62,452 nt of DNA from a virus (taxonomy: Duplodnaviria; Caudoviricetes). Positions 1 to 9,469 of the stretch are shown here, piece by piece. The stretch covers positions 1 to 62,452 of IMG/VR virus record IMGVR_UViG_3300033076_000975; one strand, 5' to 3'. The position numbers were made by a program, and so were the translations under genes. The first letter of the stretch is position 1, and each line of letters opens with the position of its first letter. Below the pieces are notes generated by a model. That model was not told the origin of the DNA. It saw only the letters and a list, made by a program, of their open reading frames with translations, and did not search any database.

Positions 1-1217
1 GGGATGAGACCGGCTCGTTCCCAGAGGGAGCCGAATTCCGGGGTGGGTTGCCAAATGTGAATATCGCGACCGTCGCGTTTTCCGTTCGATTCGTAGTGAC
101 GTTCCAGGATTCCGAGTTCCTCCAGGTTTTGGAGGCGGCGGGAGGTGGTGGTCTTCGGGAGCCGCATCGCTTTTCTGACGATATCGGTGGACCAGAAGCC
201 TTGCTCGTTCCTCTTCATCACCGTTTGGAGGATCTCCAGGGGGATGCCGTTGACGGTATCGAGTCCGAGCTTCTTCATGAGGTGGTAGACGTCCATGTCC
301 ACGGAGGGCTTTCCGAGGAGGTAGGTTAAGGCGTATCCCACCTTCAAGAGTTGCTTGGCGACACGAGAGCCACCTTCGGGGCGAGGGCGGTAGAGGAGTT
401 CGTCGCCATGACGGACGACTACCGCCCGGACGTACCCGATGACCTGGGAGAGGGCTTTCAGGCGGTCCCGGACTTCCTCGTCGATGGGTGGAAGGTTGGT
501 AATATCTATTTGCAGGGAGCTTAGGCAGGTGGAAATACGTCGGCCTAGGGCTTGGAGCTTCGCGTCCCGGGCCGGGTCTTTGACCGTGGAATCCAGGGCC
601 GCTTCGATGACGTTCTCGGTGTCGTGTCCAGGGCCTAAGACCTCGCAGCGGAGGAACCGTTCCCCCATGTGCGAGTGGTTGTAGTTCTTGATGGCGTCGG
701 TGACCGCCGCGAGCATCGGGAAGTAGATGTTCTCGAAGAGGACGTGTTTCCCGTTGCCGTAGCGGACCTCCACTTTCCCGTCGTAACAGTCACGAAGGAT
801 GCCGAAGAGTTCCTCCTGGACCCCCGCCCCCATGGAGAGGACGGTGGTGAAGTCCTTGATGCACAACGCCTTGGTCTTGAGGAGCGGGAAGATCGAGACT
901 TCCTTGTCCGGGTCCTCCGGGTCTTTCCACCCGGAAACCATCTGTTTCGCGGTTAGCTTTGAAACGGAGAGACAGTGCTCGTTGTCGGCGGCCATGGATT
1001 CCACGATCACCGTTTTCGAGGTGGAGGCGGGGCCGACGATGAAGGTCCAGACAGGGTCCCCTGGGAGCTTCCCCGTGACGAGAGTCGCGGCGGCGAGGGT
1101 CGCGGCTTCCCGAAGCCCCGTGTCCATGCAATACAGGTCCGAGTAGGAGTCCAGGACCTTGAGCCAGGAGAGCTTCGGGGGACGGGCCTTGAATTTCGGT
1201 TTTTTCTTCATGGTCAT
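1..1217 (-). CDS. MCM-like AAA+ replicative helicase (runs off window start; ends at 62446 if circular)
   Basis: Not in the ORF track; translated by hand from ATG 1217: MTMKKKPKF...WTFIVGPASTSKT (Walker A-like)...ALCIKDFTT (Walker B-like)...LRDCYDG...MGERFLRC (Arg-finger-like). Lies directly downstream of the primase. Confidence 0.7.
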   Translation of the reverse strand, partial: MTMKKKPKFKARPPKLSWLKVLDSYSDLYCMDTGLREAATLAAATLVTGKLPGDPVWTFIVGPASTSKTVIVESMAADNEHCLSVSKLTAKQMVSGWKDPEDPDKEVSIFPLLKTKALCIKDFTTVLSMGAGVQEELFGILRDCYDGKVEVRYGNGKHVLFENIYFPMLAAVTDAIKNYNHSHMGERFLRCEVLGPGHDTENVIEAALDSTVKDPARDAKLQALGRRISTCLSSLQIDITNLPPIDEEVRDRLKALSQVIGYVRAVVVRHGDELLYRPRPEGGSRVAKQLLKVGYALTYLLGKPSVDMDVYHLMKKLGLDTVNGIPLEILQTVMKRNEQGFWSTDIVRKAMRLPKTTTSRRLQNLEELGILERHYESNGKRDGRDIHIWQPTPEFGSLWERAGLI

Positions 1218-1220
1218 CTT

Positions 1221-2147
1221 TCAGAAGGTATTCTCACGGATGTAACGGAACACGATCTCCGGGGGGAGACCTAGCGAGCATAAATCCCGCACGTCGAAAC
1301 CAAGCGGGAAGGCTCCGTTGGAGAGAAATGGGGGCAGTAGATCCAAGTCCCCGTTCTCACTTGGTAGGCGGTTCCACACGAGCATGTTACAGTTACGGTT
1401 CCATCTCCTTGCGGTGTAATAACAGCGAGTTGGACCTTGATAGCGTTTGCACCCGACCACGGAACCACGGTAACCTGCGGGGTCGTGGTCTCCAAGGAAG
1501 TTGAAGTTTCCCCGGATTGTCCCCAGGTCTTCCGGGAAGACCAGAGCCCCAGGACGCCCAAGAACGCGGTAAGTAGAGAACGCCGGGAGGTCTTCCAGGG
1601 TGTCGATGAGGGCCAGGACGTCCCATTCGCCTTCGCAGATCCAGGTTTCATGATCTTCCTCGGGGGGTAACAGGTTGTTGAAGAGGTGGGATTTGCAGGT
1701 CGGGGTGGAGAAGAGTTTCCGCTTCCCGTTGTCCTCGACCCAGCGTTTCAAATTTACGATCGGGGTGGTGACTTCCTTGGTCTCTTCGTTCACCTTGCGG
1801 ACTTTGATCGGGAGAATCCACTCGTTCGTGAAGTCGTCGTAGACGAGCCCGAAGCGGTGGAGGGTCTTGGCCCCGATGTTCCGTTCCAAGGAGAGCTTGC
1901 GGAGCATACCCTTGGTGGTGGTGTACGACAAGTGCTCATGGAGGTCCCTCAGGAAGGTGTACAAGTTGCCTCGGCGTTCGCACTTCACGCAGCGGTATCT
2001 ACCGTCCAGGTAGTTCACCGAGAAGTGGGTATCATCGAGGCAGAAGCGGCAGTTGCCTAAGGCGTCCTTGTCACTGTAAGGCTCGGCGTGAACCCCGTGG
2101 AAGGCGTAGGCTTTGAGGTAGTTCTTTCGCAAGCACGACTCCTTCAT
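1221..2147 (-). CDS. DNA primase (N-terminal Zn finger + TOPRIM)
   Basis: CRFC...H...CVKC Zn-binding motif; TOPRIM motifs WICEGEWDVLAL and FLGDHDPAG. Confidence 0.8.
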   Translation of the reverse strand: MKESCLRKNYLKAYAFHGVHAEPYSDKDALGNCRFCLDDTHFSVNYLDGRYRCVKCERRGNLYTFLRDLHEHLSYTTTKGMLRKLSLERNIGAKTLHRFGLVYDDFTNEWILPIKVRKVNEETKEVTTPIVNLKRWVEDNGKRKLFSTPTCKSHLFNNLLPPEEDHETWICEGEWDVLALIDTLEDLPAFSTYRVLGRPGALVFPEDLGTIRGNFNFLGDHDPAGYRGSVVGCKRYQGPTRCYYTARRWNRNCNMLVWNRLPSENGDLDLLPPFLSNGAFPLGFDVRDLCSLGLPPEIVFRYIRENTF

Positions 2148-2269
2148 TTTTCTGGCGAATGCTTACTCAGCCTTTGGTTTTCCCTTCTGCGGGCATCTTT
2201 GGCCCCGGATAAGACTATCCGTAGGCGGGCTTTCTTCGCTTTCCTTTTAGCTCTGTTGTTTTTTCCCAT
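2144..2269 (-). CDS. small basic protein (41 aa)
   Basis: Hand translation MGKNNRAKRKAKKARLRIVLSGAKDARRRENQRLSKHSPEK*; fills the gap between polA and primase, with ATGA overlap on the primase start. Confidence 0.45.
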   Translation of the reverse strand: MGKNNRAKRKAKKARLRIVLSGAKDARRRENQRLSKHSPEK

Positions 2270-2273
2270 GGAA

Positions 2274-4382
2274 TTACCAATCCAGTTCTTGGGGGGAAGC
2301 CCAGTCGGTCTCGACCACCGAGATCGAGACGGGGGTGGGGATGCCTACCGATTTTCCAGCGGCGACCATTAAGTCCCGGATGGTGGTGATGTACGGGCGG
2401 TAGTGCTCCACCTTCCAGCCTACCGGGCGGATGAAGTCGAAGCCGAGTTCGTCATGGACCTGGAAGGACAGGAAGGCGTTGGGGAGGAGGCCCACCGGGA
2501 GCCCGTTCTTGGGGGTTGTTGAACGACGGCAAGGCTTCAAGGCCCGGATGATCCTAGGGTCGGTGGATACCTCCTTGCAGTAGGCGTCGGTGGATACCAT
2601 GGCACGCTTCACGAGGATGCCCTCGGTGCCCTGGACTTCGTAGCAGACTCCGGCATACGGGCGGTCGCCACGTTCCTCGTCTTCGGGGATGTGGAGGGGG
2701 TAGCCGCCCCGGGTGACCACGGACATGGTCCCGGCTGAGCGACGTTCGGCACGGAGTTTCCGCTGGGTCTCGGCGAGGTACTCGGTGGCGGTCGGGAACA
2801 TGGAGCGGACCAGGGAGCCCAGGCCCGGTTGGATCTTGTCGAGGTTCTTCTCGGACTTCCCGAAGATGTACCCGAAGTTCACCGCCTTCGCGTCCCGCCG
2901 TTGGATGGCGGAAGGCTTATGGTCTTGTCCGATCCCGTAGAGGCGGCGGGCTACGGTATCGTGTGGGTCAAGGCCCTTCGAGAAGCCGTCGATGAGGGAT
3001 TTCTCTCCCACGATGTGGGCGAAGATCCCGAGTTGGAGCCACTTGTAGTCGAGGCAGAACCAGATCCGCCCTGGGAGGGGACCGAAGACTTTGCGGATCT
3101 TGAAGTCGGAATGCGAGCCTTCCTCGTCCTCCCATTCCTGGCCCTTTCCGACTTGCTGGATGTTCGGATTCGAGGCGGAGAGGCGGGTGGACCGGGTCCC
3201 TGTCTGGTTATAGGAAGGGTGGATACGGTCGGTGCCGTTCCTGAACTCCTCGTACTGATCGAGGTAGTCCAGGGATTTCGAGACCTTGCGGTACTCCATG
3301 AGGGTTTGGAGGGCCACCTTCGCTTTCTTGGTTTTTTCCGGGGAACGCAAGGGGGTCTCTTCGATCTCGGCGAGCATTAAGGGCAGGGCGTGCTTGTCGA
3401 GGGAGACCCCGGTCTTGGTGGTCTTGACGATGGGGGCTCCTAGGGTATTAACCAGCCAATCCACCAGTTGCTTGGGGGAGTTGGGGTTGAGGTCGGGGTT
3501 TCCCGAGAGTTTGCGGAGGATGCCGATTTGGGATGCTTGCTCCTGGAGGTAACGGGAGCGTTCTTGGGAAAGGTTCTGGAGGTTTAAGGAGACGCCGTGG
3601 TTCACCATGCGGTAGATCACGGGGATTACCTGAAGTTGCTCCAGGTAGACGGCCCAGAGATCGTGGACGCCCTGGACGGTCTCCGTGGTGGCATCCTCCA
3701 AGGCTTTCTTGAAGAACAGGAAGAGGGCGATGGTACGCTCCGCGTCCCGGTCGCCGTACTCCGCGAGAACGTCCAGGAAGTGGGGGCTGTGATTGGCACG
3801 ACCCTTGAGGTAGACGGCCCTTGGGACCCAGCCATCCATTTTCAGCCAGGACTCGGATTTATCCCCGGAGTCGGCATGGTCACGATCCACCACCTTCCAG
3901 CCGAGTTTCTTCGCGATGTTCCGGGCTTTGCGGATGGCGTTCAAGAGGACCTTCTCGTCGTCGTCTTCAATGTCCAGGAACTCGAAGGCGAGATCCTTGA
4001 GCCCGTGGGACCCGATGTTCCGATAGACGTGGGAGGCGATGAGGGTATCGTGGAAGGCTGGGACGAAAGTATTCACCCTTCCGCACCCGGATTTTTCTGG
4101 CGAATGCCTGGAGATCCAGAGCGGGATCTGGGGGACTTCGATGGAGGCTAAGGCCCGGAGGTCGAAGTTGGCGTTGTGGAAGACGGGGATCTTGGTCCCG
4201 ACGACTTTGGTGAATTCACGGTAGAAGGATTGAGGGATGATTACCCGTCGAGCGGGGGTAACATCAAATTCCCAGGAGGCGATGTTACCTTCTTCGTCGC
4301 AGGTGGAGACGTAGTAGGGGCGGTCTCCGAACTGGAAGGAGCCTCCGGTGCATTCGGTGTCGATTGCGATGTACTTCGCCAT
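2274..4382 (-). CDS. polA: DNA polymerase family A with 3'-5' exonuclease
   Basis: ExoI IAIDTECTG, ExoII FHNANFDL, TGTRSTRLSASNPNIQQ, motif A CLDYKWLQL, motif B RRDAKAVNFGYIFG, motif C QVHDEL. Start set at MAKYIAID. Confidence 0.92.
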   Translation of the reverse strand: MAKYIAIDTECTGGSFQFGDRPYYVSTCDEEGNIASWEFDVTPARRVIIPQSFYREFTKVVGTKIPVFHNANFDLRALASIEVPQIPLWISRHSPEKSGCGRVNTFVPAFHDTLIASHVYRNIGSHGLKDLAFEFLDIEDDDEKVLLNAIRKARNIAKKLGWKVVDRDHADSGDKSESWLKMDGWVPRAVYLKGRANHSPHFLDVLAEYGDRDAERTIALFLFFKKALEDATTETVQGVHDLWAVYLEQLQVIPVIYRMVNHGVSLNLQNLSQERSRYLQEQASQIGILRKLSGNPDLNPNSPKQLVDWLVNTLGAPIVKTTKTGVSLDKHALPLMLAEIEETPLRSPEKTKKAKVALQTLMEYRKVSKSLDYLDQYEEFRNGTDRIHPSYNQTGTRSTRLSASNPNIQQVGKGQEWEDEEGSHSDFKIRKVFGPLPGRIWFCLDYKWLQLGIFAHIVGEKSLIDGFSKGLDPHDTVARRLYGIGQDHKPSAIQRRDAKAVNFGYIFGKSEKNLDKIQPGLGSLVRSMFPTATEYLAETQRKLRAERRSAGTMSVVTRGGYPLHIPEDEERGDRPYAGVCYEVQGTEGILVKRAMVSTDAYCKEVSTDPRIIRALKPCRRSTTPKNGLPVGLLPNAFLSFQVHDELGFDFIRPVGWKVEHYRPYITTIRDLMVAAGKSVGIPTPVSISVVETDWASPQELDW

Positions 4383-4717
4383 GATTGATCTTTCAGGGAG
4401 AGGGATGCCACGGGAAGTTTCACGTTCCGTAGAATCTGGGACCAGCGAACCACTTCGGTTCGGCGGGGGCTGGGGTTGGTCAGGACCAGTTGGATGAGGT
4501 CCATGAGCACCAGGATTTGATCCAAGGATAGCTCCCGCCACTCGGTATGATCGAGGACGCAGAGGACCAGGGAGATCAAATTCTGGCGGCTCGGGCTACG
4601 CAGGTGAGCCCCGTAGCGGGCTTTGCGGAGTTCCTCCCGAAACGCGGACAGGGCGGGAGTCGCGTCCCGCCCCGTCGCTTTTCGGAACTCAGCTAAGGCG
4701 TACAGCAGAGTTTCCAT
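4241..4717 (-). CDS. hypothetical protein
   Basis: Start overlaps the stop of the upstream gene; 3' end overlaps the polA start by about 140 nt, so the C-terminus is uncertain. Confidence 0.45.
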   Translation of the reverse strand: METLLYALAEFRKATGRDATPALSAFREELRKARYGAHLRSPSRQNLISLVLCVLDHTEWRELSLDQILVLMDLIQLVLTNPSPRRTEVVRWSQILRNVKLPVASLSLKDQSWRSTSQSTPNAPEAPSSSETAPTTSPPATKKVTSPPGNLMLPPLDG

Positions 4718-5544
4718 TAGTCGGTGAGGATCTCCACCGAGCCCCAGGCCACGCCCTTGAAGGTCTTCTTGGTGGCGGGGTCGTAGAGGTCGCAGGTCTT
4801 CTTGGAACCGTTGGAGGCTGTCACGTTGCAGAGGACCTTCTTCTTGCCGTTGACGGGCTTGTAGTAGACTTGGTCCTTCTTGTTGATGGTGACTTCCTCT
4901 TCTTCCTCCTCGTCTTCCTCTTCTTCGTCGTCACCTTCCTCTTCTTCCTCCTCCGATTCCTCCTCCGATTCCTCCTCGGCTTCTTCTTCCTCCTCTTCTT
5001 CCTCTTCCGATTCCTCTTCCTCCTCCGCGTCCTCGGAATCGTCTTCCAGGACGCCGTTGATGTAGATGTTCGGCCAGTCGTTCCCGGGGCTTCGCTTCAC
5101 CGTGATCGAGACTTCGGGCTTCTCGGTCATGAGTTCGGTGACGGTGGCTTCCACGTCATCGGCGGTATCCCATTCTTCCGTGGACTTCCCGAGACGCTGG
5201 ACGGCCACCGCGAAGCGGCCCCAGGCGTCTTCCTCGGTACGCTCCCACTCCTGGCCGGTGCGGGTCTTCCCCTTCTCGCCGTAGAGCTTGAAGTTGGCGG
5301 AAAGGTTGTCCCCATGGTAGTCCTCGCCGGGGGCGTTGACCGTGAAGTTGAAGTAAGCGGTAGGTTTCTTCGTCTTCGGGTCCACCACGATCTGGGCACG
5401 GGAGAGCTTGGCCTCGTACTTGCCGCTGGGGATCTCGCTGACCTTGCGGTCGTCCTTGGCCTCACGGGCGGCCTTGAGCTTCGCCTTCAGGGATTTGTCA
5501 CTGACCATCGACGAAACGAACGCACTCTTCGATTGCTTAGCCAT
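4717..5544 (-). CDS. SSB-like protein (DUF669-like OB fold) with long acidic tract and small C-terminal domain
   Basis: IPSGKYEAKL start typical of phage DUF669-type SSBs; ~50-residue E/D tract; adjacent to Sak4-like ATPase. Confidence 0.6.
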   Translation of the reverse strand: MAKQSKSAFVSSMVSDKSLKAKLKAAREAKDDRKVSEIPSGKYEAKLSRAQIVVDPKTKKPTAYFNFTVNAPGEDYHGDNLSANFKLYGEKGKTRTGQEWERTEEDAWGRFAVAVQRLGKSTEEWDTADDVEATVTELMTEKPEVSITVKRSPGNDWPNIYINGVLEDDSEDAEEEEESEEEEEEEEEAEEESEEESEEEEEEGDDEEEEDEEEEEEVTINKKDQVYYKPVNGKKKVLCNVTASNGSKKTCDLYDPATKKTFKGVAWGSVEILTD

Positions 5545-5621
5545 TCCAGGCTCCTTAGGGAAAGAAACGAAACTTCAGTGTGGGGATTGTATCATCCTTT
5601 GGAGGATGTTGTCAAGTGGAT

Positions 5622-6458
5622 CTACTTCTTGGACTTTTTCTTGGGAAGTTCCGGTTCGCCGCGAATGGCGTCCCAGACTTGGTTGTTGAAAGCCGCTTCC
5701 AAGACGTCGTAAGCGGTGTCCGGGTCATTGGGAATCTCGAAGATCGAGAGGGGTTCTCCCGAGGGGTCCAGGAAGTGGTCTTCCGGGCCGCAGGCACAAT
5801 CCACTTCCATGGTCGTCTCATCGAAGGGACGGATGGAGATGGCTCGGTTCTTGCCGTGCTTCCCGTAGTACATGATGTAGTCGAATGTCTCTTCCACGAT
5901 GGCGTAAGCCCCGTTGGAGCAGGAAGGCTTTAAGCGGTCGTAAGGCTCGCCGGAACGAGGGGTGACCGTGTCCTTCTTCTCGTGGGATAGACAGACGATA
6001 CCCTTCTCCGCCGCCGTGATCGCATCGAAGAACTCCTTGAAGGAATTCTTGATGGCTCCCCAGGTGGCCCCGTAATCGTTCATTTCCCCCGGGTGGGAGA
6101 TGCCTCGGGCCGAGCATTCGGACTGGAGGCATAAGTCGTACATGACGTCGATGGTGTCGAAGATGAGCGTGTCCACGGTATCATCCTCGATGGCGAGATC
6201 CCGGAAACGCTCCAGATCCTCCCAGGCGGTGACGGGGACTTGGCGGATCTTCAGACCCTTGCGTTGGCGTTCCATCTGGGCGGTGATCGCGTTAGGGAAG
6301 CGACTGCCCATGGTGGTCTTCCCAATGGCCTTTGGGCCGAACAACAGAATGCGGTAGGCCCCCAAGTTCTGGGGCGGTTCGTTCAGTTCGTCGGGACCGG
6401 GGAGACTGGTGAAGGATTCGACCTTCTTGGAGGGGACGCTCTTGGGTTTCTTCTTCAT
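5622..6458 (-). CDS. Sak4-like / AAA_24 ATPase (recombinase-type)
   Basis: ILLFGPKAIGKTT Walker A, DTLIFDTID Walker B, IVCLSHEK; context between exonuclease and SSB. Confidence 0.8.
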   Translation of the reverse strand: MKKKPKSVPSKKVESFTSLPGPDELNEPPQNLGAYRILLFGPKAIGKTTMGSRFPNAITAQMERQRKGLKIRQVPVTAWEDLERFRDLAIEDDTVDTLIFDTIDVMYDLCLQSECSARGISHPGEMNDYGATWGAIKNSFKEFFDAITAAEKGIVCLSHEKKDTVTPRSGEPYDRLKPSCSNGAYAIVEETFDYIMYYGKHGKNRAISIRPFDETTMEVDCACGPEDHFLDPSGEPLSIFEIPNDPDTAYDVLEAAFNNQVWDAIRGEPELPKKKSKK

Positions 6459-6523
6459 GGCTACCTCGGAGGGAAAGAATTTCGATGGTGGTATTGTATT
6501 ATCCCAAGGGGATGGTTGTCAAG

Positions 6524-7738
6524 TCAGTCGGCAAGTTCGGGGAAGACTTCGGAACGACGGTAGAGACCACTGGTGCTCCCGGAGGTCAAGAGTTCAAAGA
6601 AGTCGCCGCGACGACCGGAGGCTAAGGAGTCATAGACTCCGAAGGGGCGTTGGTAGTGATAGGGAGAACCCCAGGGGTCGAAGGGATTGGCTTTGATCGA
6701 ATCCCACCATTGTACCACCTGCGTCAAGATCGGGTTGAAGGTCCGTTCTTGCCAGCGTTCTAAAGCCCCGGGCTCCAGGGTGTGGGGCCAGCGGATGAAG
6801 TAGCGGTCCCGTTGTTCCAGGGCCGTATCCTTAACCCGCTTGATGAAGTCCCGGAGAGTCTCCCCCTTTCCCTGGCGGAGAGCCGGGCGGCGGATGACAT
6901 TGTAGAGGACGCCTCCCACCGTCTCCCCCTTGAGGTGAGTCAAGGCGGTGACGTACATCATGGTCTGGAGATCCTGGGAGAGGGTCCGGGAGATCCCGTC
7001 CACGTCAATGTCGCTTTTCGTCTTCGTCTCCATGATCCAGAGGGAACCATCCTTCTTGCGGAACACAGCGTCGATCTTCCCCCGGAGCTTCACCTCGCGA
7101 TGTGTAACGCCGTAGTGAATTTCGGGCCTGCCGTAGTTTTCCGAGTTCTCATCCAAACAGACTTCTCCACAGTCACAGGGAACCGTCAGTTGGATGTTGT
7201 GGGGAATCTCGAACTTCTCCTCGTGAAGGATGAACTGCTTCTGGTCCACGTCCTCATGGTAGACGTCGCGGTAGGCATGGACCATGGCTTCCACCATGCC
7301 CATGAGGACCTCGAATTCCTGGATCTGATTCGGGAATAGGGCCTTTGCGGCGATTCTGGACTGTTGGTACTGCCGCGTGATTTTTTCTGGCGGATGCTGA
7401 GGGTTCTCCAGGCAGGCGTGGAAGGCGTTGCCGAATTCCATCGCGGCTTGGAGTCCGGTCTCCGACCAGCCTTCGACGGAGGAAAGGCGGAAGCGTTCGG
7501 GACAGACCATGAACTTGGAGAGCATGGAATACGTGATCCCATCGCGGTCGAGATCCCAGAGGGGCTCGTTGTTCTTCCCCCGCTTCTTGGAGAGTTCCGC
7601 CATGCGTTGCTGGGGAGTCTTGCGAGGGGCGTAAGGCTTTCGCTCTTGGGCGAGGCGGGTTGGTTTTGGCGGTTTTTTCTCGGTTGGACGTTTGGCCCCC
7701 CGGAGGACGGCTTTGTTCTTTGGCATCTTGATGGGCAT
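6524..7738 (-). CDS. PD-(D/E)XK exonuclease (RecB/Cas4-like)
   Basis: TYSMLSKFMVCP, FGNAFHACLE, LRGKIDAV...IMETKT, QTMMY. Confidence 0.82.
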   Translation of the reverse strand: MPIKMPKNKAVLRGAKRPTEKKPPKPTRLAQERKPYAPRKTPQQRMAELSKKRGKNNEPLWDLDRDGITYSMLSKFMVCPERFRLSSVEGWSETGLQAAMEFGNAFHACLENPQHPPEKITRQYQQSRIAAKALFPNQIQEFEVLMGMVEAMVHAYRDVYHEDVDQKQFILHEEKFEIPHNIQLTVPCDCGEVCLDENSENYGRPEIHYGVTHREVKLRGKIDAVFRKKDGSLWIMETKTKSDIDVDGISRTLSQDLQTMMYVTALTHLKGETVGGVLYNVIRRPALRQGKGETLRDFIKRVKDTALEQRDRYFIRWPHTLEPGALERWQERTFNPILTQVVQWWDSIKANPFDPWGSPYHYQRPFGVYDSLASGRRGDFFELLTSGSTSGLYRRSEVFPELAD

Positions 7739-7780
7739 GGGAGAACTCCTTAAGTGGAACAGTTCAGGAGCGGATGCTCC

Positions 7781-8467
7781 TTAGAAGGGAATGTCGTACA
7801 AAGAGAGGATAAAGGTGGATACGTTGGCCACCCAGCGTTTGCCTTCCAGGGAACGGGGACCACCCTTACGCATGATGTAGGAAGGATGGTACACGGAACA
7901 TCTCGGGAGGCCGTGGAGTAGCTGGTATCCAGGGACGGGATCGGAAGGGTTCCAGACCTTGGCTTTCCGATCCTCGGAAGGAGGGGAAAGTTTCAGGAGG
8001 CTATCGGCCACTTTGCCCAGGAAAAGGATTCCGCGAGGATGGGCGTGCTCGATCACGGAGAGGACGCGAGGAAAGCACCGTTGCATTTCCTCTTTGGTGG
8101 GAGGGCGGAAGCCGCCCTTCCCGTCGTCGGGGTAACAAGCGATAGTATTCGCGATGAAGGGACGGAACCTGGAAGGACCGTCCAAGGATTTGGCCTCTTC
8201 AGGCCGCTCCCGACGGAGCCGGGAACGGACCTGAGAGAGGAGGGCGTCCAGGCATTTACCCGCACGACCGACAAAGGGTTCGCCCAAGGCGTCCTCGGAA
8301 GGCCCCGGGGCTTCGCCGAACAGCAAGAGGTCGCACGGAAGCCACCCGCGACCCAGTACGTGCGACGAACACGAGAGACCGATGGGACAGAGCACGCACC
8401 CGGACCACTGGCCCTTGTGCGACCGCCACGATTGGGCGGTGGACCGCCGCGAGAACAGGATGGTCAT
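7781..8467 (-). CDS. uracil-DNA glycosylase family 4-like protein
   Basis: CVLC Fe-S ligands, LLFGEAPGPSED..GEPFVGRAG, ACYP...RC, YHPSY; RBS GGAGGA before MTILF. Confidence 0.85.
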   Translation of the reverse strand: MTILFSRRSTAQSWRSHKGQWSGCVLCPIGLSCSSHVLGRGWLPCDLLLFGEAPGPSEDALGEPFVGRAGKCLDALLSQVRSRLRRERPEEAKSLDGPSRFRPFIANTIACYPDDGKGGFRPPTKEEMQRCFPRVLSVIEHAHPRGILFLGKVADSLLKLSPPSEDRKAKVWNPSDPVPGYQLLHGLPRCSVYHPSYIMRKGGPRSLEGKRWVANVSTFILSLYDIPF

Positions 8468-8628
8468 GAATTCCTCCGAGCAGAGAGAGGGCGACAACGA
8501 AACCGTACATGGCATAGTCTCCAGGAAGTGATGTTACCAAACAGAAACGCTATTTGTAAAGCCCGGGGTCCAGACCGCTAATCAGACCCCGGGCGAGAGG
8601 CACCATGCCTCTTGGGGTTCAAAATATC

Positions 8629-8662
8629 GCCCCGCCCTAGGAAGGAGTAACCTAGGGCGGGG
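8629..8662. terminator. GC-rich hairpin, probable terminator
   Basis: CCCCGCCCTAGG-9nt-CCTAGGGCGGGG inverted repeat in an intergenic region. Confidence 0.55.
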
Positions 8663-8776
8663 CTTTGAAATCCTGGGGTGCCCCTCGATCCCCTTGGAGA
8701 AGCCGATGGTCTTCGCCAAGGACGGTGCGGATCGAAGTCCAGGATGTTGAATTGTAGCATCCCTTGAGGGATGTTG

Positions 8777-9013
8777 TCAAGCCGCCTTGGCCTTGGTGGC
8801 GGTATCCAAGATCATTCGGACCCACTGGGAAAAGTTGAGGCCGGAACGCTTGGCGGCGATTTTCCAAGCGGCCCATTGACGGTCGGGGACTCGGCCCAGC
8901 ATTCGGGCCGGGGTTCGACCAGGGACGCCGGACAGGGATTTCTTGCCGCCTCGGCGGGGAGCCTTCGAGGTCTTGGCGGCGGGGGCTTTCTTCGTGGGTT
9001 TCTTCTTGGCCAT
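8777..9013 (-). CDS. small basic DNA-binding protein (ribbon-helix-helix-like)
   Basis: K-rich N-terminus followed by RVPDRQWAAWKIAAKRSGLNFSQWVRMIL, an RHH-type pattern. Confidence 0.6.
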   Translation of the reverse strand: MAKKKPTKKAPAAKTSKAPRRGGKKSLSGVPGRTPARMLGRVPDRQWAAWKIAAKRSGLNFSQWVRMILDTATKAKAA

Positions 9014-9080
9014 GGTAGTCTCCGAGAGAGCGGTCTGTCAAAGTATTGTAGCAAGGGGCAATACAGTGTAAAGACCCAGG

Positions 9081-9455
9081 CTAGGATTTTTTCTGGCGAA
9101 TACGTGAGAGCTTCGTGGATACCTTGGCGGCGAGTTTCGGAAGGCCCACGGCCCGGAGGTACTCCGCGACCACGATGGGCATATCGTCCCGGTGGAAGGA
9201 AAGGATGTACCCGGGGTGGTGCTTCTTCCCGAGGCAGAGGACGACGGCCTTCCCCTCCTTATCGGCGAGGGGTTTGGCTTTGAGGTAAAGCCGCCAGAAC
9301 GGGGAGTTGGCGTTGAGCTTGCCTTCCAGGAACAGGCGGGGGTGGTGGCTGTCGGAGGCGGTGACCTTGGAGTTGCTCCCGGACAGGGAATTGCGGACGG
9401 TTCCCCAGTCGGAGGCGAGACGGCGTTCGTAGGCTTTCCAGGCTTTGTCGGCCAT
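9081..9455 (-). CDS. Holliday junction resolvase-like PD-(D/E)XK nuclease
   Basis: WKAYERRLA...R..LSG...SD...FLEGK pattern of Hjc-like phage resolvases. Confidence 0.65.
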   Translation of the reverse strand: MADKAWKAYERRLASDWGTVRNSLSGSNSKVTASDSHHPRLFLEGKLNANSPFWRLYLKAKPLADKEGKAVVLCLGKKHHPGYILSFHRDDMPIVVAEYLRAVGLPKLAAKVSTKLSRIRQKKS

Positions 9456-9469
9456 GGCGGGTTCCTTAA

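Noticed and set aside
4383-4541. PolA N-terminal extension from the ORF track (start 4541)
   Set aside because: It is Pro-rich shadow sequence overlapping the upstream ORF; the exonuclease domain begins at MAKYIAIDTE (4382).
6524-7738. Cas4 as part of a CRISPR system
   Set aside because: It sits with a Sak4-like ATPase and SSB, the usual phage recombination trio, and lacks the C-terminal Cys cluster of Cas4.
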